Shown piece after piece: positions 1-10,100 of a stretch of 37,502 nt of DNA. The notes beneath the pieces were generated by a model. The model saw nothing but the letters and a program-made list of their open reading frames with translations, searched no databases and was not told where the DNA came from. This DNA comes from an uncultured bacterium (lineage in GTDB: Bacteria; Hydrogenedentota; Hydrogenedentia; Hydrogenedentales; JAEUWI01). The translations under genes were made by a program, and so were the position numbers. Location: positions 1 through 37,502 of the forward strand of contig CAXBPH010000035.1 in NCBI GenBank assembly GCA_963977445.1. Direction: 5' to 3'. Positions within the stretch are counted from its first letter, which is position 1. Each line of letters opens with the position of its first letter.

Positions 1-42
1 GTCCACAAGATTGGCCCCTGATTTATCGATATCCACCCGATG

Positions 43-105
43 GTGCCACCCGATCCCGCTCTTCATACGGCGTAGACGTAGGGAGAGCGGGTTCGGGTGC
101 CTTGA
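43..105 (+). repeat. Intergenic hairpin element, copy a (GTGC-stem family)
   Basis: GTGC(43-46), CACCCGA(47-53), T, CCCGCTCTTCATACG, loop GCGTAGA, CGTAGGGAGAGCGGG, T, TCGGGTG(93-99), CCTTGA. Inverted partner at 218-279. Confidence 0.8.
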
Positions 106-217
106 CCCACGTCTATGTCGGAAAAAATTGAATGTCACCGTAGCCTTGTTTGCCAAAATTCCCACAAGGAAACAAGGCCACCGCCCAGTTGTCCATTAGT
201 CACCCCGTAAACGAGGC

Positions 218-279
218 TCAAGGCACCCGAACCCTCCTGCGGCGGATCTTCGACCGGGAATACCGGATCGGGTGGCACC
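218..279 (-). repeat. Intergenic hairpin element, copy b (GTGC-stem family)
   Basis: Minus strand reads GGTGC-CACCCGA-T-CCGGTATTCCCGG-TCGAAGATCCGCCGCAGGAGGG-T-TCGGGTG-CCTTGA. Outer stem and tail match copy a; the interior matches copy c at 20811-20845. Confidence 0.8.
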
Positions 280-333
280 TCGGGGTCCATCTTATTCAGC
301 AAAGAGGCACGAGGTCTGTCTTCACCTATTTAG

Positions 334-1404
334 TCACTTCGGTGCGTTGCACGTTTGGCACGGGCCGTAGGTACCTCTCGCTTGTTGGAGGGTAAGGGGA
401 CGACGACTTGTATCCAAATGGTGACAGGTAGCGCGGTGATATTTTTTGCCTGAACTGGTGACGTAGACCATTTCGATCACGGTTTCGCGCTGGGAAGGTC
501 GGTCAAGTGTCTGGGTGCCACGTACCGGCGGATTTTCTGGCGGAGCGGTGGCAGGTGTTCCCGTTCGTGTTGGCGGCGTAGTGGGCCGGCCTGTAGCACG
601 GGCGGACGGTTTGGTACCTGCTTTCTGAAACTCCCAAGGGGGCACGGGTTCGGGCATACTCCAGAGGCCCAGATGACGTTCCTTCGCCTGGGCTTGAAAG
701 TGGGCCAGACGCTTGTCGTTGCCCGCATATTCCTGATACCAATGGGCCATGCCGACCTCGACCAGATGTTCGTTTAGATTGGTGCCGTCGGGCAGGGTGA
801 CGACAGCCACATGGCGCCCCGCCTGGTCGGTGCCCATGAGGCGAAGGGCGACATAGCGGTTCACACAGAGTTTTTCCGTATATGCTGTCGCGTTTGGCCC
901 AAAGGTCTGGCCCATTTCGGGGCAGTCAATGCCATAGAGGCGTACACCCGCTTCGTTGCCTTCGGAATCCAGGGCGGCCAGGGTGTCGCCGTCGAAGGCT
1001 TCCACAATGTATACCGTGATGTGTTCTTCCGCGTCTGTGGAAACTACGGGTGGCGGTGGCGGCGCTTGGGTGTCCGCCGCCAGTGTTGCGGAGGGCGTCC
1101 ACGCGCTATGCAATGGAGGTGTTGGCGGGTTTTCGGTCGTGTCACGGGGGTCAAAGAAAAACCCAAGATAAATCAGGAGTACAAAGGGAACAAGGATAGA
1201 GGTAAGGCACCCGATAGCTACGAAACTGCCGAAACGGTTGGTCGTTGCTTTCGACGCCGCAGCTTTCGGCGGGCCTTGCGTTCCCACCGGCATCGGTGGT
1301 ACCAAAACGGCCGCTCCACAATGGGTACACCGCCCCGGTTGCCCTGCGTAGGCTTCCGGTATCTCCAGCGAAGCGCCACAACGTGCGCAGTTTACGACTA
1401 TCAT
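334..1404 (-). CDS. Membrane-anchored thermonuclease (SNase family) with N-terminal Zn-ribbon and C-terminal Ada-like metal-binding domain
   Basis: SNase motifs DGDTL, VRLYGIDCPE, DxxGR, NEHLVEVGMA, GLW; N-terminal CxxC..CxxC; one TM helix; Pro/Thr linkers; C-terminal VYVTSSGKKYHRxxC...PCxxC. Confidence 0.88.
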   Translation of the reverse strand: MIVVNCARCGASLEIPEAYAGQPGRCTHCGAAVLVPPMPVGTQGPPKAAASKATTNRFGSFVAIGCLTSILVPFVLLIYLGFFFDPRDTTENPPTPPLHSAWTPSATLAADTQAPPPPPVVSTDAEEHITVYIVEAFDGDTLAALDSEGNEAGVRLYGIDCPEMGQTFGPNATAYTEKLCVNRYVALRLMGTDQAGRHVAVVTLPDGTNLNEHLVEVGMAHWYQEYAGNDKRLAHFQAQAKERHLGLWSMPEPVPPWEFQKAGTKPSARATGRPTTPPTRTGTPATAPPENPPVRGTQTLDRPSQRETVIEMVYVTSSGKKYHRATCHHLDTSRRPLTLQQARGTYGPCQTCNAPK

Positions 1405-1553
1405 TGGCCACGATTGCCCCTATGCATTTGTGCCTCTACGAAACGTCCCCTGCCGATGCTTGAGTACAAACAAAGGCAGTGTAGCAGTAGGATGCATGGG
1501 GGGCAAGTACTATTTCGTGTGTTCCGAGTGGGGGGGGCGGGGCGTTCGTGGCC

Positions 1554-2930
1554 TCAACCCGCCGGTGGAGCACCCGCCGCAGGCGACAAGGGGGCTATGG
1601 GCGCATCGGCCTCGGGTATCAACTCCGGCGTCCGCAGGAGATAATTGTCCCGGAGAACCCAATAGTTGTCTGAACGGCGTATGAGAGGGCGCCCATTTTT
1701 TACGCCGGGGTCGAGGTTATCTCGTAAGAGAAGGATGAGATCGGTGCTGGCCGCCGGGTTGGTCCAGAAGTAAGCATGGCCGGTGATGTCGCTCTTCACG
1801 TCCGCGTTGATAAAGGTCAACAGGGGCAGCGTCGTCAGCAGATTGCGCTCCTCAGCGCTCAAGTTATCGACCCCCAGGTTACCCAGACGTTTGACGCTGT
1901 CCATGAGCCAGGAAGAGATCAACAGGGCCCGGTCTTTGGGCGAGAGGTAGATGGTGAAACGCTCGGGCACCGCTATCATGCCGTCGGCGACGAGGGTCTG
2001 TTCTACCACGTCCACATCGATATCCGGTGCGGCGAGCACAAGGTTGCCGAGTTTGAGGGCGGTCCGTGTGTCCTCTCCTGCGGCACGATAGGCAATCATG
2101 AGTTCTCGGATGGCTGCCGTGGCGACGTCGGTGCCCCGACTGTGGGCAAGGATATGTATTTTTTCGAGACCCGGTGTTGCCGCCAGGGCCTGAAGAAATT
2201 GTTTGAGATGAAAAACGGTAAACTGAGAGGACTCCGTATCAAAGGTGTAGCCCCGGATGCCCCCCCGCCCTGCGGGCCAGGAATAGACGATAGGCACGCC
2301 CGGCCGGCCCATGAAATGCCAGAGCTGGGCCATGGTGAGGGTGGCGTGGTAGAACTGATTGTTGTAGCCGTGAATAAATACATAGGCTTCCTTGCGGTCA
2401 CTCACCGCGAGGGCGTTTTCTACCTCGGTGGTGAGCCGCGCTGCGACCGGGCTATCGGCAGCGACCACCTCGTCATTGGGGAGCATACCGTCGGGATTCA
2501 GGAGCCAGGTTTTCTGGGCCGGTGAAAAGCGTCCCAGCTCGGTGGTCTCCGTCAATTGGGGAACAAAGAGACGGTTCCGACGACGGGTCAGGCTGGCCTC
2601 GTGGAGTTCTTCCCAGGTGACCTGCTCACCCAGGGCAACGGTGGCGCGACCAAAGGCGAGACTGTCCGAGCGACTGTGCCCATATTGGATGCCCTGTCCG
2701 TGGGGCTCTTCCGGTTCCACTTCCTCGCCCCGATCCGTCGCATAGAGGAGGTCCACCGTAACTTTCTGTTGTTCGGGACGGATCTTCGTGAAGGGGTCGT
2801 CGTTGGTGGCGATATAGAGATTGGGTGTCTTCATCAGACCCGTGTGCTCACAGGCGGTAATGGGCAGTACACAGGCCAGCAGGAAGAGCAATCGGCCAAT
2901 CTGACGAAAATAGTAGCGAATAGGGTTCAT
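1554..2930 (-). CDS. Alpha/beta hydrolase (DUF900-like esterase/lipase), probable lipoprotein
   Basis: LLYATDR, FIHGYNN, YSWP, nucleophile elbow AHSRG, LAAPDID, late GHAYF; lipobox-like ITAC. Confidence 0.85.
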   Translation of the reverse strand: MNPIRYYFRQIGRLLFLLACVLPITACEHTGLMKTPNLYIATNDDPFTKIRPEQQKVTVDLLYATDRGEEVEPEEPHGQGIQYGHSRSDSLAFGRATVALGEQVTWEELHEASLTRRRNRLFVPQLTETTELGRFSPAQKTWLLNPDGMLPNDEVVAADSPVAARLTTEVENALAVSDRKEAYVFIHGYNNQFYHATLTMAQLWHFMGRPGVPIVYSWPAGRGGIRGYTFDTESSQFTVFHLKQFLQALAATPGLEKIHILAHSRGTDVATAAIRELMIAYRAAGEDTRTALKLGNLVLAAPDIDVDVVEQTLVADGMIAVPERFTIYLSPKDRALLISSWLMDSVKRLGNLGVDNLSAEERNLLTTLPLLTFINADVKSDITGHAYFWTNPAASTDLILLLRDNLDPGVKNGRPLIRRSDNYWVLRDNYLLRTPELIPEADAPIAPLSPAAGAPPAG

Positions 2931-3158
2931 GGTATCCCGACGGGGTTATCGATTAATTGGGGAACGGCAACCCTAAGTATAGCCGGGTTGCCAGTGAATT
3001 CACCAAAGAAGCTGCACCATCGCCCATACTCCTATCGAACGAGGCGGGGAAAGGTCGCGCATTGCAGCGCTTTCCTCTCCTTCGTCCATTCGCGCACTGG
3101 GTAGTGGCCGTGCTATCGTAATTTTTTCTGCAACCAAAAAGCGGGAGTATGCAATACC

Positions 3159-4610
3159 ATGACAAGGGGTCTACCTTTTACCTTCGGGTTTGCGATTGTA
3201 AGCATCGTTTCTTTACTCGTGCCAACCTGCGTCGACGCGACCACACTCCACATAGGAGCCTCCTCCCGGAGTATTACGCCCGACCAGCCCGTGGCCCTGG
3301 ATGGTCAGATGCGCACGCGCATTGCCCGCACGGTCGAGACGGAAGTGCAGGCCAACGCCCTGGCTATGGAATCCCGCGATGGCGATGCCGTAGTCGAGCA
3401 AGCTCTTTTCGTCGCCTGTGGTCTGGTGGCAGTAGGGGACGACATCTACCAGGGCGTGCAGGAAATCCTGACCCAGCGCATCCCGGACTTTGACGTCAGC
3501 AAACTCATCCTCAGTGCCACCCACACCCACACCGGGCCTGTCGTGCGCGACGGCATCTATGAGATTACCGATGAGGATGTGATACAGCCGAGAGACTACA
3601 AGAAGTTTCTGGTTGTACGTGTTGCCGATGCGGCCGAAGCCGCGTGGACGTCCCGGAAGGTTGCCAAAGCCGGTTGGGGCATGGCCCACGCCGTGGTTGC
3701 CTATAACCGCCGCTCCTACTTTGACGATGGCCATGCCCAGATGTATGGCGACATCAGCATCGATAGCTTTCGCGGCATCGAAGGGCCCGAAGACCACGCC
3801 ATCGAAGTGCTTTACTTCTGGGGCGAAGACGACGCCCTTATCGCGACGGCCGTGAACGTGGTGTGTCCCTCCCAGGAAGTAGAAGGCCGCAGCGCCATCA
3901 ACGCCGACTTCTGGCATCCAGTCCGCGAAGGGCTCAAGGCGAAATATGGTAAGGACCTCGTGGTACTCGGCTGGACCGGTGCGGCGGGAGACCAATCACC
4001 CCACATTCGCTATCGCAAAGCTGCCGAAGACCGCATGCGGGGATTTCGCGGCCTGGAGCGACTCGACGAGATCGCGCGCCGCATAATTGTGGCCTGGGAG
4101 GAGGCCTACGAAGGGGCCCAGCAGGACAAGCGGGACGACCTGCCCCTGGTGCACCAGATTGTGCCTATCGAGCTGCCGCGACGGATGGTGACCGAAGCCG
4201 AGTATGAAGAAAATAAGGTTGAAATCGAACGCCTCAAACAGACGCCCGGAAACTTTCGTGGTGTAGAGTGGCGAGGCGCTGTGCTCAAGCGTTACGAAGC
4301 CCAACAGGCGGGAACGGTGGAGCCCTTCATGATGGATCTCCACACCCTGCGCCTCGGCGACGTGGCCATCACGGCCAACCCCTTTGAACTCTACACCCAG
4401 TTTGGCATCCAGATGAAGGCCAAGAGCCCCGCGCTCCAGACCTTCGTCATCCAGCTTGCCGGGCCGGGCAGTTACGTGCCCACCCCCCACGCGGCAGAAG
4501 GTGGCGGCTACAGCGCCATCGCCCCGAGCAACGAAGTGGGCCACGAAGGCGGCCAGAAGTTGGTGGACGAGACGGTGAAGGCGGTGAAGGCGCTGTGGGA
4601 AGAGAAATAA
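3159..4610 (+). CDS. Secreted neutral/alkaline ceramidase-like metallo-amidohydrolase, paralog 1
   Basis: Signal peptide; SITP, SATHTHTGP metal motif, NRR, GAAGDQSP, PFELY, YVPT...GGYS motifs; RBS GGGAG upstream. Confidence 0.72.
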   Translation: MTRGLPFTFGFAIVSIVSLLVPTCVDATTLHIGASSRSITPDQPVALDGQMRTRIARTVETEVQANALAMESRDGDAVVEQALFVACGLVAVGDDIYQGVQEILTQRIPDFDVSKLILSATHTHTGPVVRDGIYEITDEDVIQPRDYKKFLVVRVADAAEAAWTSRKVAKAGWGMAHAVVAYNRRSYFDDGHAQMYGDISIDSFRGIEGPEDHAIEVLYFWGEDDALIATAVNVVCPSQEVEGRSAINADFWHPVREGLKAKYGKDLVVLGWTGAAGDQSPHIRYRKAAEDRMRGFRGLERLDEIARRIIVAWEEAYEGAQQDKRDDLPLVHQIVPIELPRRMVTEAEYEENKVEIERLKQTPGNFRGVEWRGAVLKRYEAQQAGTVEPFMMDLHTLRLGDVAITANPFELYTQFGIQMKAKSPALQTFVIQLAGPGSYVPTPHAAEGGGYSAIAPSNEVGHEGGQKLVDETVKAVKALWEEK

Positions 4611-4682
4611 CCCAGTCTTCTGTGAATCCGAACGCCAATCAAACTATCTCATTGAAGTAAGCCAGGTCGGAGACGATACCCC

Positions 4683-6116
4683 GTGAGTAAAACGTTGTTC
4701 CTCGTAATTTTTTTCATCATAGCGATCCTGTCGCCCCACGTAACCCATGCCGCCACCCTCCACGTGGGCGCGGCGTCTACTTCCATTACCCCCGATGGCC
4801 CCGTGGCCCTTTCCGGCCAGATGCACACCCGCGTCTCCACGGAGGTGGAAACGCCGGTGCAGGCCAACATCCTGGCCATCGAATCCCGGGAGGGCGACGT
4901 GGTGAAAGACCAGGCCATTTTCGTGGCCTGTGGACTCGTCGCCATTCGTGGGGGCATTGCGGAGCAGGTCGCGGCGGAACTGGCACCGCGAATCCCCGAT
5001 TTTGATATCGATAAGCTTATCCTCAGTGCCACCCATTCCCACACGGGTCCCGTACTCGTCGATGGAAACTACAACATCCCCGAGGGCGTTATGACCCCCG
5101 CCGCCTATCGCGATTTCTTCACGAAGCAGGTTGCCGATGCGGTCGAAAAGGCCTGGAAAGGTCGGCGCCCTGCCAAAGCAGGCTGGGGTTTCGGAAACGC
5201 GGTCGTGGGCCACAACCGCAGAATGATTTATGCGGATGGTACGGCGGTCATGCATGGCAGCAAGACCGTTGACGGCTTTCGTGGATTCGAAGGGCCCGAT
5301 GACCCGGGCATTGAAATGCTCTACTTCTGGGACGAAAATGATGCCCTCATCGCGACGGCCCTGAGTCTGGGCTGCCCCGCCCAGCGCGCCGGTAGTGGCA
5401 GCAAGGTGAATGCCGACTTCTGGCACCCCATCCGTGAATCGCTCAAGGAAAAATACGGTAAGGATCTCGTGGTAGTAGGCTGGATCAGCACGGCGGGAGA
5501 CCACACGCCCCACCTGCAGATCCGCAAGGAAGCCGAAGCGCGCATGAACGCCCTCCGTGGTCTCGATGAGATCGGCGAGATTGCCCGCCGTGTCGTTCAG
5601 GCCTGGGAAGAGACCTACGACGTCGCAAAGAATGAGCAGTTTACCGACATTCCATTCGTCCACCAGGTTACCCACGTCGACCTGCCCGAGCGTATGGTCA
5701 CGAAGGAAGAAATGGAAAACGCGAAGGAAGAAGCAGAAAACTGGTCCAAGAAAGAGGCGAAATTCTTCCGCCGCGTGAAGTGGCACCAGAGCGTCGTTGA
5801 CCGCTACGAACGCCAACAGGCCGGCGACATCCGCCCCTACGACCAGAAGCTTCACACCCTCCGTTTGGGCGATATTGCCTTCGCCACCAACGATTTCGAG
5901 CTCTTCCTCCAATACGGCCTCCAGATGAAAGCGAAGAGTCCGGCTCTCCAGACCTTTCTCATCCAACTCTGCGGTCCCGGCACCTACGTCCCCACGCCTT
6001 ACGCCGAAGCGGGCGGCGGCTACAGCGCGATTGTGCAGAGCAATGAGGTGGGTTCCGAAGGGGGCCAGGCGTTGACCGACGCAACCGTAGTGGCATTGAA
6101 AAGCATGTGGAAGTAA
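4683..6116 (+). CDS. Secreted neutral/alkaline ceramidase-like metallo-amidohydrolase, paralog 2
   Basis: GTG start after GGAG; colinear with 3159..4610 throughout (SATHSHTGP, NADFWHP, KAKSPALQTF, GGGYSAI). Confidence 0.72.
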   Translation: MSKTLFLVIFFIIAILSPHVTHAATLHVGAASTSITPDGPVALSGQMHTRVSTEVETPVQANILAIESREGDVVKDQAIFVACGLVAIRGGIAEQVAAELAPRIPDFDIDKLILSATHSHTGPVLVDGNYNIPEGVMTPAAYRDFFTKQVADAVEKAWKGRRPAKAGWGFGNAVVGHNRRMIYADGTAVMHGSKTVDGFRGFEGPDDPGIEMLYFWDENDALIATALSLGCPAQRAGSGSKVNADFWHPIRESLKEKYGKDLVVVGWISTAGDHTPHLQIRKEAEARMNALRGLDEIGEIARRVVQAWEETYDVAKNEQFTDIPFVHQVTHVDLPERMVTKEEMENAKEEAENWSKKEAKFFRRVKWHQSVVDRYERQQAGDIRPYDQKLHTLRLGDIAFATNDFELFLQYGLQMKAKSPALQTFLIQLCGPGTYVPTPYAEAGGGYSAIVQSNEVGSEGGQALTDATVVALKSMWK

Positions 6117-6214
6117 AGGGACCCGCTGTGGAAAACTGTTGGAAGAAAATACCTTCCTGGATTAATTGCGTTTGCGCGCTAGCGTAGCGCCGGTACAACG
6201 AGGGAAAATCAGTT

Positions 6215-6823
6215 TTGGCCAACCGTAGTTTCCTGTACGCCAGCGACCGAGTGCCAACGCGCACAGGGAAGGAGCCCATCCGATTTTTCGGGATATCGGA
6301 GTACAAGTGGGATATTCCCGTTGCATTCAAACTCCTGTTGAGCGGGAATCCCCGCCCCTGTCCGTCTTCCATCTGGCGCCTGAAAAAAGATATCGCTATT
6401 GTGGCAGACCTTGAGGCGGGCACGGCGGCACTGGAACGTTTCCTGGTGAGAATTGACGAAGCCCGTACCCATTGGCTGGTCCAGGAAACGCGGGATTGTA
6501 TGGAGGCATTCCGGCAAAAGGCACCGTATGTTGTGCTCGAGGCCGGTGAACTATTCGAGCTCACAGACATACCCATCCCGAAACAGATTGATGTCCTGCT
6601 CCGGGACATTCAGGGCGTGGAATCGTCTGCCAAATATGAGGCCGCCGTCAACGCGGTTAACGTGGGCCCCCCGAGAAAAAGTCGGTTACTCGCTCGTCTC
6701 GTTGGGGCGAAGCTCTCGGTCAATCCAATTCACGCCATGTATAAGCTGGGGTTGGGCGAATGGAGCGATACCCTCTCCATTCACCCGAATTCCGGTGGCG
6801 AATCGCCCGAAACCGACGGTTAA
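6215..6823 (+). CDS. Hypothetical protein (MANRSxLY start)
   Basis: TTG start 8 nt after GAGGGA; 202-aa globular-looking protein filling the gap between same-strand genes. Confidence 0.65.
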   Translation: MANRSFLYASDRVPTRTGKEPIRFFGISEYKWDIPVAFKLLLSGNPRPCPSSIWRLKKDIAIVADLEAGTAALERFLVRIDEARTHWLVQETRDCMEAFRQKAPYVVLEAGELFELTDIPIPKQIDVLLRDIQGVESSAKYEAAVNAVNVGPPRKSRLLARLVGAKLSVNPIHAMYKLGLGEWSDTLSIHPNSGGESPETDG

Positions 6824-7135
6824 TCGGTGGTGCGTCCGTCACCATCGTTTGGCGTCATCGAGGACGACGAAAGTCTGATGCCAACATATTCGAGCTTTGC
6901 GTAGGGGATATCATGAAATGCGCATGCGCTTAAAATCCGACAGCGAAAAAGATCTCCCGTAGATTGCCAAATCGCCCGATTCCAAGTAGACTGCCTTATG
7001 TAGCGTGTCGCTGAAGTAGGGCAGTCTCGGCGGTGCAGACAGAGTCTTGGTGCAGAAAGATTCACTGATCATCGCGATTCTCAGGGTGTGGAAGCGTTGA
7101 CGTATCGCGAAACCGTCTTCAGGGAGACAAGCGAT

Positions 7136-10100
7136 ATGTCTATCCAACGATTGCCGCGCGTTCTATGGTTTTTTTTCTTTGTGGTCCTACTGAATGGCTG
7201 TCTCGAGCCCGTTCCTGATCCCGATCCCGTTCCTGATCCCGATCCTTCGACGGACGTCGGGCCGAAGGCTTCCTTCACGGCGGACGCGACGTCGGGGCCC
7301 GCGCCGTCACTGATTTCTTTCGCCGATACCTCTGTAGCCGGTACCGCAGCCATTAGTGCCTGGGCGTGGAATTTTGGCGATGGCCTGGAGAGTACCCGAC
7401 AGAATCCAGTCCACGATTTCGGTGAGCCGGGTAGGTATACGGTTGCGTTGACGGTCACCACCTCGGTGGGGAGCAATACGTCGACCCAAAGTGACTTCAT
7501 AGAGATCGTGGCGGTGCCACCAGCCATGCCCACGGTGGTCGCGCCGGCCGGTCCGGTGACGGGCTCCAGTGTGATGCTTGCGGGGGAGACATCTCCCGGT
7601 GCCAGCCTCTTGATAACCGGGGGCGTGGAAAATGTAGCCGCTATCGCTGACGAAGAAGGTGCCTTTGGGGCCACGGTACTGATTGGGGCCAATCGAATCT
7701 CACGACTTTTTGTCACGGCATCGCTCAATGGGTTGGCTAGTCCACCGGTACCCGTGGAGATACTGCAAGACATGCAGCCGCCCACGGTCTTCATTGACTA
7801 CCCTGCGTCGGGTGAGCAACTGACGGAAGAACTGGTGACGGTGACAGGGCGGGTGGGCGACCTGTTGAGCGGTTTTACCGGGCTCCAGGTGAGTTTGGGT
7901 GGCATCGCTGGCCAGATTGCCATGGCCGTGGGCAATACGGGTACCTTCGAGGTGGCCAACGTGCCGCTGAGTCTGGGCGACAACCTCCTTGAGGTGTCCG
8001 CCATGGATGGGGCAGGTAACGCCATGACCGATACGATTACGGTGACCCGGGTGGCACCGGCAGGCGATCGTCTTCAGATAGTTTCGGGCAATGGCCAAAA
8101 GGGAATCGCCCGGATGGCCCTGCCGGAACCGCTTGCCGTCTCCCTGACCGACGAGAACGGTGTGCCGATAGTGGGGCGGGCTTTGGCCTTCGAGGTAGTC
8201 CGAAGTGATGGACGTCTCGATGGAACAGCCGACTTTATGACTCCTCGGCTTACGTTGGAAACCACCACGGACGAAGGCGGGGTGGCCCGTGCCTACTTAC
8301 GGCTGGGTGTGGACGCCGGTTGTGGGAACAACCGCGTTGTCGTTCGCGACGCGATCTCCGGCCGTCAGCTCACCTTCTGCGCCTCGGCCGAAGCGGGTAT
8401 GGCCAGCCAGCTCAATCTGGTGACGGGAAACAACCAGCGCGCCGCGGTCAAGGGGATGACGCCAGAAAAACTTCGTGTGCGGGTGAGTGATGGGGACAAC
8501 GGTGTTCCCGGCGTAATGGTCGATTTCATGGCGATGGTGGGCGGGGGGGAAGTGAACGGAGAGATCGTCGCAACGGTCGCAACGGATGCCCGGGGTATTG
8601 CTGAAGTATCCTGGGTCCTTGGTGAAGAGGGTGGCCCGAATACGGTGGTGGCCGAATGCCTGGAAAATGCAGGGGCGCCCGTTTACTTCGAAGCCCTTGC
8701 CGTTGCGTCTACCGAAGGTGTGACTACATCCCTTTCGGGTGTCGTTCTGGATAACAGCAGTCTACCCATCGGTGGCGCGCCCTGCGAACTGGAGATCAAC
8801 GGTCAGTCTTTACCCAGTGTGGTGTCGGATGGCGAGGGACGTTTTACGTTCTCCGATATTCCTGCGGGCCAGGGCCATCTCCACGTAGGGGGGCTGGTGG
8901 CTACCCAACTGAACGGGGAGAGTCTGGAGGCGGGCTCCTTCCCTGATCTTGCGGTGGCGGTGACGGTCGTGGAAAAGGCCGCCAATACACTGCCCACCCC
9001 CGTGCTGCTGCCCATGCTGGATCCGGCCAACGCCCGCACCTATGACGGCACAGCCGACGTGGAGTTGATCGTGGCGGGTATTGAAGGGCTCCGCATGATT
9101 GTCCGTGCCGGATCCATGCGTCGTGCCGACGGTAGCGTGCCCTCTCCATCCGATCCTGCCCTGCTGGCCTTGAACCAGGTGCACACCGACGATATTCCCA
9201 TGCCCTTGCCCAATGGGGTGTCGTCACCATTCGCCTGGACCCTCCAGCCTTCGGGAGCGACCTTCGATCCGCCGGTAGAGATTGTTTACCCCAACATGGC
9301 TGGCTTGCCTGCGGGCGCGGCGAGTTTCTTCCTGAGCTTTAATCACGATACCGGTGCCTTCGAAGTCGTAGGCACCGGTGCGGTTTCGTCCGATGGTTCT
9401 GAGATAGTGACCGATCGCGGCTCGGGCATCAGTGTCGCGGGATGGGGCGGCAACTGTCCACCCTATTCTGCCACGGGTGGAGCGAGCGCATGTGAGGCCA
9501 ACCTCAACGCTCTGTTGAAGGAATCGGTACGGTTTATTATCGCGGTGGGCAAAGACCTGAATAAATTTACCCAGGTGTTGAGTTGTTTTTCAGATATCGC
9601 ATTTAACGGGCCCGATTGTATTAAAGCCTATCGAACATTTCACGATGACGGTGCAAACGATGCCGTCAAAGCCGAAGCAGCGTTGAAGTGCGCCAAGGCA
9701 TTGAAAACAGTGGCCAACAATTGCGCCGATATTTTTCTGACCATCGATCCCTTCAAACTTGCCGGTCGCGCCAAGCTCCTGTCCGATGGTATCGCACGGG
9801 CCCTCGCCGCCGCCCAGGAAAATAAGTGTTTCGTCGGCTCCACCGGCCAGCGGGTGCTGAAGGGCCTGGAGGCCATCAACAACATGATTAATCCCTTCCT
9901 CGACCTGGCCAGCGATGCCTCGCCAAGAAAGCTGTTGATTACAACGGCCTGTTTCTTCATGCAGACTATCGTCGATGGGCTGGAATTTGGAAAGATACCC
10001 AACAAAGGGGGGGCGCTATACAGCGAAGAAACCTTGGCAGAGCTGGATGAAATGTTCGATGCGCTGCCCGCCATGCTTGACGAACTGGTGGCGGGAAATG

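Noticed and set aside
43..279. tRNA, CRISPR repeat or attC interpretation of the GTTCG-containing hairpins
   Set aside because: No cloverleaf, no regularly spaced direct repeats, no RYYYAAC/GTTRRRY ends, and no cas or integrase genes.
6849..6884. Hammerhead ribozyme suggested by GAAA and CTGATG
   Set aside because: The CUGANGA core is incomplete (CTGATGC) and the motif order does not fit.
7148..7180. T-run near the start of the giant lipoprotein gene as a phase-variation tract
   Set aside because: The run is only 8 T, encodes Phe residues of the signal peptide and leaves the frame intact; there is no evidence of slippage.
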